From: Pseudogymnoascus verrucosus
Taxonomy: Eukaryota
Reading direction: 5' to 3' (one strand)
DNA length: 64,000 nt
Assembly: GCA_001662655.1 (NCBI GenBank)
Contig: KV460239.1
Shown: piece after piece, positions 37,886 through 49,757 of the stretch
Layout of the letters: each line of letters starts with the position of its first letter
Numbering within the stretch: the stretch's first letter is position 1
Notes under the pieces: model-generated
What the model saw: the letters and a program-made list of their open reading frames with translations, nothing else
Told to the model about the DNA's origin: nothing
Database searches by the model: none
Position numbers and translations under genes: made by a program

Positions 37886-40635
37886 ATGAACTCGCCCCCC
37901 TCACCACGCGCCGCCAAGCGTGCGCGCACCTCTCCCACCTCCCCCCAATCCCCGCGCACCCTCGGCCCAGTCGCCGAGGCATCCCCCGACCAGCCCGCCG
38001 CGAAGACTACGGGTCAGAGCAGCAACTTCCGCAATGTGAGCGCGTGCAATCGCTGCCGTTTGCGCAAGAATAAGTGTGATCAGCAGCTGCCGAGTTGCGC
38101 GAGCTGCACGAAGGCTGGTGTCAATTGCGTGGGATACGACCCGATTACGAAGCGGGAGATACCCCGGAGCTATGTCTTTTTTCTTGAGGCCAGGGTGGGA
38201 TATCTGGAGGGCTTGCTGGGGGAAGCTGGTGTTCCGTTCGAACCGCCTGAGACGCTGGAGTTAGCTTCGAGGCCGGGACCGGAGCCTAATACACAGAAGG
38301 GAGATGACGATTCGAGTTCGAACCAGGGACCAACGGGGAGACGAGGGACTGGATGGAGCGAAAAGCAGGAGGAGGAAGACAAGCTGGATAATTTAGTGTC
38401 TAATGTAGGCATGATATCGGTGCAGGGTGCTTCAGACCCGCGATACCTCGGCTCGACGAGTGGCATCTCGTTCGCGAGGGTTGTGTTTGCAGCTGTCAAG
38501 AGCTCAGTGTCGTCGGGCGCGGAGAAGGGCGGTGCGAGGGCGCCGGCGGCAAAGGCGGGGCCTAGCGGGACATCTATGCGGGACTCATTTTTTGGGCTTC
38601 AAACTAAACCGACCATCAAGCCGGCGCCATTCCCAGACCGCAGTTTGGCGCTGCGGTTGATGCGTTTCTACTTTGAGCATGCGAATCCGCAGATCCCGAT
38701 CCTGCATCGCGGGGAGTTTATGAAGATGTTTGACCTAGTGTATGGAGACAGGAATCATGTGCGCACACCGAGGGAGTCGTATATAATGAACATTGTGTTT
38801 GCAATCGGTGCGGGGATATACCTGGGGGATCCTAATACGGAGCCAGACGCTCCTCCAACTGATCCGGCGCCCAATACGAGCGGGCTCGGGGCGGCTAATA
38901 GGCAGTGCCAGCCGGAGGAGTATCATGCGTCGGCGATTATGCATTTAGAAGCGTGCCTGCAGTCTACAGGGACGGCAGACAAACCAGAGGGGTTTGGCGG
39001 GGGGTTAGAGGAGTTACAAGCTGTTCTCCTGCTAGCTGGGTTTGCGCTGTTAAGACCAGTGGCGCCGGGGTTGTGGTATATCACCGGTGTTGCTGTGCGC
39101 ATAGCACTAGACCTTGGTCTGCACTATGAAGACGGGAAAGATATTGACACTGGACTTCGCGAGCAGAAGGCAGGGAAGACCGGAAACGGCGAACCAGAGT
39201 CATACTCTCGCGAGAAGGGAAGACGGGAGTGGATCCGTGACTTCCGCCGGCGCCTCTGGTGGTGCACATACTCCTTCGACCGGCTCGTGAGCACCTGCGT
39301 CGGCCGCCCCTTCGGTATCTCCGACCAAGTAATCACCACATCCTTCCCCTCCCTCCTCGAAGACAAATACATAACTCCGCACGGCTTTCTGACCGAGGGC
39401 GCCCACGAAACCTCTAGCAAGCACGTCGCACACCACTACTTCCGCTTCCGCCTCCTCCAGTCTGAGATCCTGCAGGTCTTGCAGCACCAACAGGCGCAAG
39501 CCGTGCGCGCCACATCCGCAGACCCGTGCAACCCCTTCCTACCGGCACAGCAGGCTTCGCCATTCCTCGCGCCGTTCGGATCTTTCCGCGCGTGGCGCCT
39601 GGATATGGACGGGCGGCTGTGGGCGTGGAAGTCGGCGTCGCCGACACGACGCGAGACTGGTGTGCAGTTCTCGCATGAGTTCTTGGAGCTGAATTACTGG
39701 CAAGCGGTGCTGATGGTGTATCGGCAGAGCCTGAGCGTGCCGGCACAGTTTGCAGAGGAGTTTGATGGCGCGGCGGAGGTGGGTGCGGGAGCGGTTGGCG
39801 AGGGAGAGGAGGCGGTGTTTTTGAAGGTTGCGGAGGCGGGGCAGAGGGTGTTGAGGTTGTATTGGAGGTTGCACCGTGTGCATCTTGTTAATTATACGTT
39901 CCTTGCTACGCATCAGCTGTTTATGGCGGGGATATCATTTCTTTATGCCATATGGCATTCCCCGACTGTGCGAAGTCGACTGGTAAGTCCATCACGCCCC
40001 TGAATGAAATTTAAGCTAACACCACGCGGACAATGGATGAAGTCGACTTCAACATCCTCGCTGCGACCTCCGTCCTCGGTGACCTCGTTGAAAAATGTCC
40101 CCCTGCTGAAGCATGCCGTGACGCCTTCGACCGCATGGCTAAGGCCACAGTGCAGATGTGCATGTCAACGAGCAGCCTATCCGCCGCTCCCGGGCTAGTA
40201 CCACTGCGTGCACCGGATGCACCAGCCGCGACGCCAGCGCCGAGGCCCAGGCTGCAGTTTGGGTCGCCTGGGGATTTATACACGGCGAGCCCGCCGAGCG
40301 GAGGAGGAAACTCGGGGGGCGTCAAGAGTGAGAGCACTGGAGGGGAGGCTGAAGCGCCGAGGGGGCATGTTCTGGATCCTTCGATTATTCCTGGTGAGGA
40401 GAGAGAGAGTTCGTTTCTGGGAGACGGAGGGATGGGGGTGGAGAGTGGAGATACATATGGAGGATACGGGGACATGGGGATGAGCGAGATGAACTCGATG
40501 GAGTATCTCGGGGATGGTGGGGGCGGGCTGGAGCTGGGATTTGGGTGGGGTGCGGATGGAGAAGGGCACGATTTTGGGGATGGGGCAAACCAGCTGGACT
40601 TTTTTGATGGGTTCTACTTTGGGACTGGGGTTTGA
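37886..40635 (+). CDS. uaY: Zn2Cys6 positive regulator of purine utilisation (UaY/Ppr1 family); intron acceptor is anomalous
   Basis: FRNVSACNRCRLRKNKCDQQLPSCASC..VGYDPITKREIPRSYV, YLGSTSGISFARVVFAAV, RRRLWWCTYSFDRLVSTCVGRPFGI; second exon MDEVDFNILAATSVLGDLVEKCPPAEACRDAF. Confidence 0.88.
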
Positions 40636-40852
40636 GGGGTGTACGTTGGACATGATACCGGGGCTTGTAAGACGACGGCGTCTATTGTGGGGGATTAGTG
40701 TATCATACACTTTGAGGGTGATTACATAGGTGGTATTATGAGGCAATCCAAATGCCGTTCAATTTTGTTTTATCCAGAGACTTCTATAGTCAACCACAGC
40801 GCTCGCCACCCGGTCAAACTCCCCCCCACACAACCCTATCAACAACTCTCGC

Positions 40853-41571
40853 TCAGTTCCCCAACCTATCCTCAATCTTCTTCTTCTCTCCCTCCCTTAT
40901 AGCAGCGATCTCCTCCTTCGTCGCATCATACGCCACACTGACATTATTAAACGGATTCTCCGGGCTCTTCTCAAACTCCTTCCTGATCCTCTCCTTCTTC
41001 TGGTTCTGCCTCAGCCCAGCCCCACTTCCATCCTCCTCCATCTCCGCCAACCGCCTCTCCTCAAACGCAGCATAAGCCGCCTTGTATCTCCTCTCGGGGT
41101 GCTTCTCGACCTTCGTACTGTCACCGCTGGTCAGGGTAAGCGCATCGAGCGCGTTGTCGATACCCGTGGCGTTGAGCGCCTTCGCAGGTCCCGAGGGAGC
41201 GTCATCAAGCTGTGCCAGGTCAAGACCACGAGACACCTTCTTAGGTGCCGCCTTGGAGGACTTGGGTGCGGACTTGAGGGATTTCTCTTCTTCGGCGAGG
41301 AGAGCCTCTTTTTCGGCCTTCTTGCGTGCGAGTTCTAGCTTTTTGGCGGCCTCAGCGTCTCTGTGACGTTGTTAGTAGTGTACTAGAAAGTTTAAGGGGG
41401 TGGCGATGCGTACTTCTTGGAGCTGTTCTTTGCACCGCGTCCCCAGTCCTCGTCTTCTGCTTTGGCTTTAACTTGGTTTGCGGCGGCGGCTTTGGCGGCT
41501 GCGGCCTCTTGCTTTTGTGCGTTGCCAGAGACCTTTTTGCCGTTCTCACCGAAGTTTTTCTTGCCCGCCAT
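40853..41571 (-). CDS. CCDC124/Lso2 (DUF1014) family coiled-coil ribosome-binding protein
   Basis: MAGKKNFGENGKKVSGNAQK..EDEDWGRGAK; C-terminal ATGIDNALDAL..EKHPERRYKAAYAAFEERRL..GLRQNQ..FEKSPENPFN; one intron near 41363-41412. Confidence 0.9.
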
Positions 41572-41899
41572 GATTATGAGGGTTTGTGACTTTGTTATAG
41601 GTGAGGTGTTTAGGTTTGATAGATAGATCTGTTTGCTTCGGGTTTGATAGCGTGGATGATGTTTTGAGATGGGAAGGTTTTGGAGGGGTAAGGCAGTGAT
41701 TATGTCCTTGGCGGGGTCATTATTATACCCCACACATTTGCCGCCGTCTCGATTTCAGACTTCGGTGATGGATTAACGTTGCTCCGAAATTTAGATGCCC
41801 GTCGAGCTGAGTTGCATGTGAACACATTTATTTGTTAACCGGGATAGCACTTTCAGTTGAACTTGGACTTGAAGGCGATTATAATCTGAGCTCTTAGTG

Positions 41900-42977
41900 A
41901 TGCAGAATCAACGCCTGCTTGTAGAATTGTAAGAGACCTCCCCCGCTCGTTCACCAGTTCCAAAGCTCACCGCCTTTAGCAATGGCTTGAAGACTGCCAG
42001 TCCAGCGGGTGTCTTTCTCAGCTTGTCACCCAGTGATCCAGCACTCTGGACTGGTGTGATTTTTGTTAGAGAGGGTAAGCCGCTATCTCTCATACCTGTC
42101 ATGATTTGAATGAAGGACAATTAATTAACGGTGAAAACAGGCCCCTATGCACCGGCTATCTTGAGGTTTCAGATATCGTTCCCGCCAGCATATCCAACTA
42201 TCCCTCCCCTCATTACATTCTCAACGGATGTTTTTCACCCTCTGCTTGCACCATTGACCGTGCAGCTGTACACTTCATCTGAGGATGACAGCAACGGTGT
42301 TGTCGTTCTAGAAGATGAGAAGCTACCCCCGGGAGGCTTCAGCTTGAGGCATGGGTTTCCATCCTGGTTCAAGAGGACAAGAACCAAGCCTGTTTCCAAT
42401 GCAGAAGCGGACCCCAAGAATAAACCTCAGAGCGCAAATTCCCAAGTCACGCCTCTTGCCCTGAGCAGCAGCTCATCAACATCGCGTGATATGGCTGATC
42501 CTGAGGACGGAATCACAGTCTATGAGCTCTTGAGATATATCAGGAGCACCTTCGACGATGCCAGTGTGCTTGATGAAGTCCCAATAGAAGCAGCTGGAAA
42601 CTCTGGGGCCTGGAGGGCTTGGAAAGCTCACCGAGCCCACGAAGCTCAAGTTGCTCAAGTAAAGCGACTTTCAGGGATAAGCGGCAACACAAATTCCCCA
42701 TCAAAACGGAACCTGGTGCCAAAGCCAGTTAGGCAGCCCGGAGAATGGAATTGGGAAGGCGTATGGGAAGTCCGGGCCAAGAAAGGAATTGATCTCAGCG
42801 TCTCCGAAGCGTCTCTCTACGGGAATTCAACATCAAACGATGAGCTGGTAGGGGTTCCAGGCATGTCACGGTTTGGGGGTTTGTGCTAACGAAATGTAGA
42901 TCAATTTCCTTGAAGCTGATGAGGATGCCGTGGAGACAATGAAAGAGAATATGGTCCGCAGCTTAAGAGCTGTATGA
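41900..42977 (+). CDS. Ubiquitin-conjugating enzyme variant, AKTIP/FTS-like
   Basis: Spliced QRLLVEF|NGLKTASPAGVFLSLSPSDPALWTGVIFVRE|GPYAPAILRFQISFPPAYP..PPLITFSTDVFHPL; no catalytic Cys seen after HPL; start uncertain. Confidence 0.8.
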
Positions 42978-43330
42978 TTAACTATGGGACTTGCTTCCAC
43001 TGGGATTATTGGGCTGATATATCAGTCTTGGCATGCCGGTCCTTCCCTGGCGCATATCTATACACACTGGTCGTGCCTTCCATTGTGAGAAATGTCTCTA
43101 CCTTTTTAGAATGGAAGGTGCGATCCGTTACTGCCAGCTGCGCCTTCCGAGTTTGCAGCATCGGATCGCGCCTTCCATTCTACGTATGTTGGAAGCTCCT
43201 TCCATATTGTGCTGTGAATACGTGAGCTTTCCCATGGGCCGCGCTTTCATGATCAAGCTCGACAAAACATATCCTCAATATCCAGCTTCGCCATACCAGG
43301 TATTGGCATACCAGCATCCTTCATCAAATA

Positions 43331-43999
43331 TTGGATATGATTACTAGTTCTGATATTGCTCCCGCCCCAAACAAGATCACTGCAGCCATTGGGGGGCTCA
43401 TCTTGGTTCCAATTGCGATTGCAGCTGGCGTTGCATTTGTGGCAATCAAGACAACAGATATTTGGCCTTCAATCAAGAGGTGGTTTGCGAACTCCTGTTT
43501 CCGACATTTGTTTTTCTGGAGGCGCAATAAAGCTCCCGAAGACTTGAAGAGCTCGCCAGATTCGTTCTGTGACTTGGAGGGAGTGCAATCACCACATTTT
43601 CAAGCTGGTTCATTGGTGGAACGGCCTCCGTCGAGAGAGACACCAACCAAAATATGGCATCCGGATCGTTCGAATCGGCTGAAATGGAGTTTTGGTCGGA
43701 CTGGGATGAAGATGTCGACATTCCCAGCCCCTTGCGAATTGTCAAGCGACCAAGCACCGGTACCAACACTGCTGATGCCGGCACATCCAGCCCACTCCGA
43801 GTTACTAAACGCCCCACCACCGTCACCAAGGCCGATTCTGTCATACCCAACCCCCTGCGAATTATCAAACGCCCAAACAACATCGCCAAGACCGATACTG
43901 GGACCAATTCGAGAGAGGTCATCAACATCCCAAGACGATCATCCTCTATCTACAACTGCATCTCTAGTTCCCCACCAGATTCCGATGGCGGTTGCTTGA
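43331..43999 (+). CDS. Hypothetical protein with one N-terminal TM helix
   Basis: ORF with hydrophobic ITAAIGGLILVPIAIAAGVAFVAI; its 3' half overlaps a second ORF. Confidence 0.4.
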   Translation: MDMITSSDIAPAPNKITAAIGGLILVPIAIAAGVAFVAIKTTDIWPSIKRWFANSCFRHLFFWRRNKAPEDLKSSPDSFCDLEGVQSPHFQAGSLVERPPSRETPTKIWHPDRSNRLKWSFGRTGMKMSTFPAPCELSSDQAPVPTLLMPAHPAHSELLNAPPPSPRPILSYPTPCELSNAQTTSPRPILGPIRERSSTSQDDHPLSTTASLVPHQIPMAVA

Positions 44000-44175
44000 C
44001 AATACACAAACTAAGGAAACCAAGACCTGTTGTGCCACATGGGAGCTTTTGCGATTCTTCGCCAGTTGAGAAGGGCCATGTTACGGGGGAGATTCCAGGT
44101 GGCATAAAGTTGACAAAGGAGGTCAAAGATCCCAAGCTAAACCAGAGGACTGAGGGGCGTATTTGCTTCCTCTGA
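43654..44175 (+). CDS. Hypothetical disordered protein with three (S/N)PLRxxKRP repeats
   Basis: At the conserved P, L, K, R and P residues the repeat copies differ by synonymous changes in this frame. Confidence 0.5.
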   Translation: MASGSFESAEMEFWSDWDEDVDIPSPLRIVKRPSTGTNTADAGTSSPLRVTKRPTTVTKADSVIPNPLRIIKRPNNIAKTDTGTNSREVINIPRRSSSIYNCISSSPPDSDGGCLTIHKLRKPRPVVPHGSFCDSSPVEKGHVTGEIPGGIKLTKEVKDPKLNQRTEGRICFL

Positions 44176-44614
44176 AATTTCCGATAGAGTATGCAGCATC
44201 CCAGCTCTGTATATAACCTATCTGAGCATGAACGTTCTCAGATCCCTTGTTCAGTTTTCAGTCTAGTGTGTTTACAACCCTTCAAGCATTGGCCGCGGGA
44301 ATCATACATTGTGAACAAAGAAAGTTTCTGAATATTTGATCTACTGATGTAAACCCTAGCCACAACTCTAAATAAATAATAAATATGACTTTTCTGTAAA
44401 TTCAACCATACTTCATGCATCAACTGTGTGATAGTTGTGAACCCCAAGAAGTCGCCCCGCCAACCGCCTCACACGTGACCGCGCAGCAATCCCGCGTTTC
44501 GTTGATGTAACCATCGTCAACACCAAAAACGCCAAATGATCTCGATCTGAGGACGACAACGACCACGCCTGCGCGCCAACCCATATCACTCCCACGGAGT
44601 AGAATACGCAAGCC

Positions 44615-47025
44615 ATGAAACCGTCGCCGTCAGCTGACCAGCGCCGCCGATCGAATAGCATAGCAGGACGCGCGAGCCTGGGCGCAGGTGGGCGGACGAG
44701 CATTGGCTCTGCGACTGGGAGGACAAGTATTGGGCCTGGCGGGAGCGGAATTCCAACTAGAGCGCCACTGGGCACGAGTCGGGTTAGTTTTGGTTTTTTC
44801 CCAGAAGGAGTTGAGGGCGACGTGCTACAATGGGTGGGGTACTAATAATGGGGCAATAGTTATCAGCGATGCGCGCTTCGACTACACAACCGAGCTATGA
44901 TTTCCTGACGGGCACTGAGGCGAGGAAGGAGGGGGAGGGGCTTTCGAGGCCGCCTTCTAGGGGAGGGGGAAGGATGAGGACACCAAGCAATGAGAATTTG
45001 CGCGGCTCGACGACGAATCTGCCTATCCATAGCGCGGCTGCGCAGGAATTAAATGAGCTGAAAGCTGAGGTCAAGGCGCTGAAGTACAAGATTTCGAGTT
45101 CGGCGCAGGAGGAAGAGTTAGCGGGCTTGAGGCGAGAGGCGGAGTTACGAGAGGTGAGGCGGAAGGGGGAGGAGGATTTCAGGAAGATGCAAGCTGCGGA
45201 GGGCGAGAGGAATAAGGCGGTCAGGGCACTGGAAGAGATGAAGGCGGAGGTCGAAAGAAAGAGGGATGCAGAGATCGGGGATACCGGACGACTAGAGAAG
45301 AAGGCTAGAGATGCTGAGGAGGGGAGGAGGGTCGCCGAGGAAGAAGTTGAGGAGCTCAGGACAGAGGCAGAAGAGCGGGTTAGGGGGCTCGAAAGGCGGC
45401 TGGCAGACGAGCAGAGCCGAACCTCAACGCTACAACGCACTGTCCAGGAGCTACAACAAGATTCTGAGGCCAAGGATGTGGCGATGCAAGAAGTCCAACA
45501 AATTCTCCAGAAGAAGGATGCAGAGATCGGAGCCCTGGAGGCAGAAGTGTTGAGGCTTAAAGCGCAAACTGGCGACGTTGATACGCTCGATATCATCAAG
45601 CGCGAGCTCTCGGAGCAAGTAACGCACATCCGCACACTGGAGGCGAGCAACCGTGAGCAGGCGCGCGAGTTGAAGCACCTGCGCATGCTGCACAAGAGCG
45701 TCGAGGTGGTGGAAGAGGAGAAGAGACAGCTTCAGCGCAAGGTGGGGCAAATGGAGGACCTGCAGCAAGAGCTGGGTGAGGCGCGCCTGCAGCGCCAGAG
45801 GCTCGAGGATGAGCGCCTCGCATGGACGGCGTATCTCGAGTCACAGGATGGAAACGTGGAATTCGAATCCCCTGAAGCCCTGGCACGAGCGCTTGTCCAA
45901 GAGCGTCTGGAGGCAGCGACGCAGTTGGAGAAACTTGGGCGGCTGGAACCGGCCTTGTCGGAACGCGACGAGATTATCAAGTCTCTCGAAGGCGAGAAGG
46001 CAAGATTAGCCAGCCAGCTCGACAAGGCGAATAAGGAAGGCGGTGGTGGCGATGTGAAGGCCCGCCAAAGGTTAGAACGACAGCGCACTCTTGCCCTCAA
46101 GGAAGTCGAGTATCTCCGCGCCCAGCTCAGCGCCCTCGATGGCGAGGAATCGACCATGGAACTCCCATCCTACGACGCCGCAAAGGCGGAGCGCATCACT
46201 TCCCTCGAAGAAATGGTCGCGGCCTACTCCACCGAAGTAGCAACTCTGCATGCCGAGATTGCATCTGCTCCCGTCACCACCACGACTCTGAAACGCACAC
46301 GCGATGAGGCACCCGATGAGCAAGAGCGCCTCGGCTCGCTGACACGCAAGAATAGAAAGCTGCAGGACGAATTATCAACGGCGCAATCCGCGGCACAGAA
46401 ACTCACCAAGGAGCTCTCGGTCACAAAGGAACGACTCACTGCCGCAACTGCACACAAACAGACGCGCGTCCTGGAATTAAGAGATAACCCCACTGCGAAC
46501 GCAGAGGCGATTAAGATGTCGACCCTGAACGCCCTCAAAGAAGAGAACGCCGCGCTCGTGGCCCAACTTCTTGCTGGACCAACCACAACCCGCTCCTCCG
46601 CATCCGCCAAGACCGTCCCTCTGGCAACGCTCGAATCCGCACAGCGCGAATGCCGCGAACTCGAAGCGCAGGCGGCCTCGTCACGCAAGGCGATGGCTCG
46701 ACTGAAGCAGGTATGGGGTGCGAAGACGGCTGAGTTCCGTGAGGGCATCGCCAGTCTCCTGGGATGGCGCGTCGAGTTCATGCCAAATGGTAAGATGCGC
46801 GTTAGCAGCATCTTTTACCCCGGCACCGAAGACGAGGAGCGTAGCATTGTGTTCGATGGCGAGGCGGGGACGATGAAGGTCTCGGGTGGAGCGAGGAGTG
46901 CGTTTGCGGGGAAGATTGCGGAGAGTGTCAAGTTTTGGGTTAGGGAGAGGGGGGAGATTCCTTGCTTGCTTGCGGCGCTTACATTGGAGTTTTATGAGGA
47001 GGGGACGAGGGGTGCTGGGGCGTAG
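44615..47025 (+). CDS. MAD1: Spindle assembly checkpoint component Mad1
   Basis: Long coiled coil; IIKRELSEQVTHIRTLE, RVLELRDNP (Mad2-binding region), RLKQVWGAKTAEFREGIASLLGW, IPCLLAALTLEFYE; intron 44783-44859. Confidence 0.95.
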
Positions 47026-47561
47026 TGGGTGAATATGAGTATAGCTGTATATAGGCTTGAGCGAGGAGTTTGGAGTTGGTTCGTTGCTGGGCTGGTTGGC
47101 TATTAGATGAGCCCCTGGGATTTAGCTTGGGGCCGGGGGGGAGGTTAGTTCGTGTCTACAACGAATCGAGGCGGAGACACTAGTAGTCAATACGATGAGC
47201 ATATGGACTATATAAGCGACAGTCAAGATGAGGGCGTACACGATACACACATCTGGTCATCCATTTTCAGAACAAAGTTAAATAGCTAAATCTGTGTGAT
47301 AGTAACAGCATCGTAAAAATAAAGCTAACACTTCCTCCAAAACGCCCCTCCATAAAGCATGATATCGTCCCCGCCATTCCATCCATACCCCCCGACCCTT
47401 TTGCCCCCAAACCCAAAATAAATAGCAAAAATATCAGCAAGTATTTGGCATATGAGGATCACAAGATCTCCCCCCACGAGCTCCAAAATAACCCCCGAAA
47501 ACGCGCCAAATCACCACAGAAATCCCACGCCCCAAACTAACGCCATCGCCCTCACACCTCC

Positions 47562-48047
47562 TCACCTCCTCTCCCTCCTAACCTCCCTCATCGGCCTTCC
47601 CCCCCCCCCAAACTCCCTCGGATCAACCTCCCTATACCCACCCCCCCTCTGACTCCTACTCCTCCTCGGCGGCGGGCTCCCCTCCTCAATAACCACCACC
47701 TCCTCCACACTCCCCACACTCCTACTCCTCTGACTCCTCCCACTCCCCATCCTCCTCTCCGTGCGTTCCTGCACCACAATCCGCTCCACTACCGGCGTCC
47801 CCCTACTACTCCTACTTCCGCGCCTCTTCCGCCTCCGGACTTCGACCTCGGAAACCGTCTCGGCGTCGCTGATGAGCACGGCGGACCCGCTGCAGGTCGT
47901 GTAGAGGAGGTAGGCGATGAGGATGAAGCCGAAGACTGAGCCGAGGACTATGCCGGCGATTTGGCCGGGGGGGGGCCCGTTGAGAGACGAGTAGGTGGTC
48001 GGGATGGGGGTGATGTCGTTGGTGCTGGGGTGGGGGAGGGGCGCCAT
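47562..48047 (-). CDS. Small single-pass membrane hypothetical protein
   Basis: PPPGQIAGIVLGSVFGFILIAYLLY TM segment followed by an Arg/Ser-rich tail. Confidence 0.65.
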   Translation of the reverse strand: MAPLPHPSTNDITPIPTTYSSLNGPPPGQIAGIVLGSVFGFILIAYLLYTTCSGSAVLISDAETVSEVEVRRRKRRGSRSSRGTPVVERIVVQERTERRMGSGRSQRSRSVGSVEEVVVIEEGSPPPRRSRSQRGGGYREVDPREFGGGGRPMREVRRERR

Positions 48048-49114
48048 TGTGTGGGTTTGTGGGTGGTGGTGATGGTGCGCGGCTTATGTTGATTACAGCG
48101 AGGCTGTGGACGTGGGGAGAGAAGTGTACTGCGTGAGCCGTCTATCTGGCTCCGCGCTCCTGTTCGATGCGCGCGTGTGCGATTGGTGTTGCGCAACGCG
48201 GGATATCGCGATTATGGCCGCTTCTAGTCGTGTCTCGATGGTGTTCGCGCGTAGTTCCTGTCGCGGGTAGCTGCGCTCGAGTGGCCAATCCGTAGCCTTG
48301 CTTCCGTTGGAGTCACCCACAGAGTATCCCAGCTCAAAAGTCGTCAATCAAGCTCCCAGTAGTCTTTTCGATGATAACAGTTCGTCTCGCGCGCGAGGGG
48401 ATGCGGATTGAATCGTGAAGTCGAAGTAAGATATCGCGATGCGATCGAGGGAGGCAATGTTGTCACCCTGGGGATGGGACGCACGGCAGCCTTGGCTGGC
48501 TGGCTGATGCAGGTGGGTGTTCTGTGCAGCGAGGGGCGTGGCTGGCGGGGTGGCTGGGCGGCGTAAGGGACCAACCAAGCAATGGAGAGGAATGGATGTT
48601 GGTGCTGAGATAACGTAGCTGCTGTGTACAGTACAATCGTTTGAAGGAGGGGTAGTAATAATGCAAGGAACGAGGGGATATGTATAGAAATATGTACAGA
48701 GTATATTAACACGCAGTGATGTCTCGGGGAGAAGGCTGGTGGGGGGGAACGTGAGATGGGCGTGGTTGATGTTGTTGATCCCCCACCTCTCTCCCCCCGC
48801 CTTCCCAATTTCTCACTTTGGGGGGATAAATGGCGGTGGTTGGCGTCGCGGTTGGCCCCAGCTTCCCACGTTTAGCGTGTGTGACGGCGCCGGCGCCCAC
48901 GCCCACGTAGCGACGGCTTGGCTAGCTGCGGGCGCGTTCCTGGGCTATGACGTTGGTTCAGAGAAGCTGATAAGGCCTTTGCGTATTTACTCGGCCTCTA
49001 TTCTCATCTCACACGTCGAGGAAAAAGGCAAAAAAAGGCAAAAAATTGGTCGGGACTAGACGAAATGATCTGCTAATTTCCGATAAGTCTTCTTGTTGAT
49101 GTTGGCGACGTCGA

Positions 49115-49235
49115 AACTGAGCTGTCTACTGTCACCACTTGCCTCCTGTCACTACTTCTCTATCATCACCACTTCTCTACTGTCACCACTTTTCTACCGT
49201 TCCCACTTATCTACTGTAACTTCTACGACCATTTC
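49115..49235. repeat. Degenerate 16-18-bp tandem repeat (tctactgtcaccactt-like)
   Basis: About six diverged units such as tctactgtcaccactt, cctcctgtcactactt and tctatcatcaccactt. Confidence 0.6.
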
Positions 49236-49757
49236 AGCCATCAACTGCCGTTTCCACTTCATATATGTAACGTCCTCGGCTCGGCGCCCGAGAGTTTGAC
49301 TCACCTGCCATGTGATAACTGAATCCACTTCCATGTGTTGTGCAGATCTAGGCCAATCCTAGAAGCAATATATATCCTCTTGACGTGTGTCTCCAAACCG
49401 ACCCGACAGAAAGGCAGCAGCTGTACTTCGTCGAATAATATATCCTCCTGTGCTCAGTGTGGAATTATACGTGGCAGTTGAGCCCCTCCCATAAAGTGGT
49501 CTTTGAACCACAGGAAACAAGAACGGTAGTAGTAGCTCTGGATATCATTTATATATCCCACCCCCTCCTATCTACATTCTATATACACTACATTCCCCCT
49601 CCCCCCCCCCCCACCCCCCCCAAGCCAGAGCCCCAGTCCCCAGCCCGCCCCCTCCCCCCCAAAAATCCAAAAACAACACACTCATCACAGATTCCTACAA
49701 TACAAATCCAACGCCCGCTTCGCACGCAAGATCAAATCAACCACCTAAAACCCCCCC

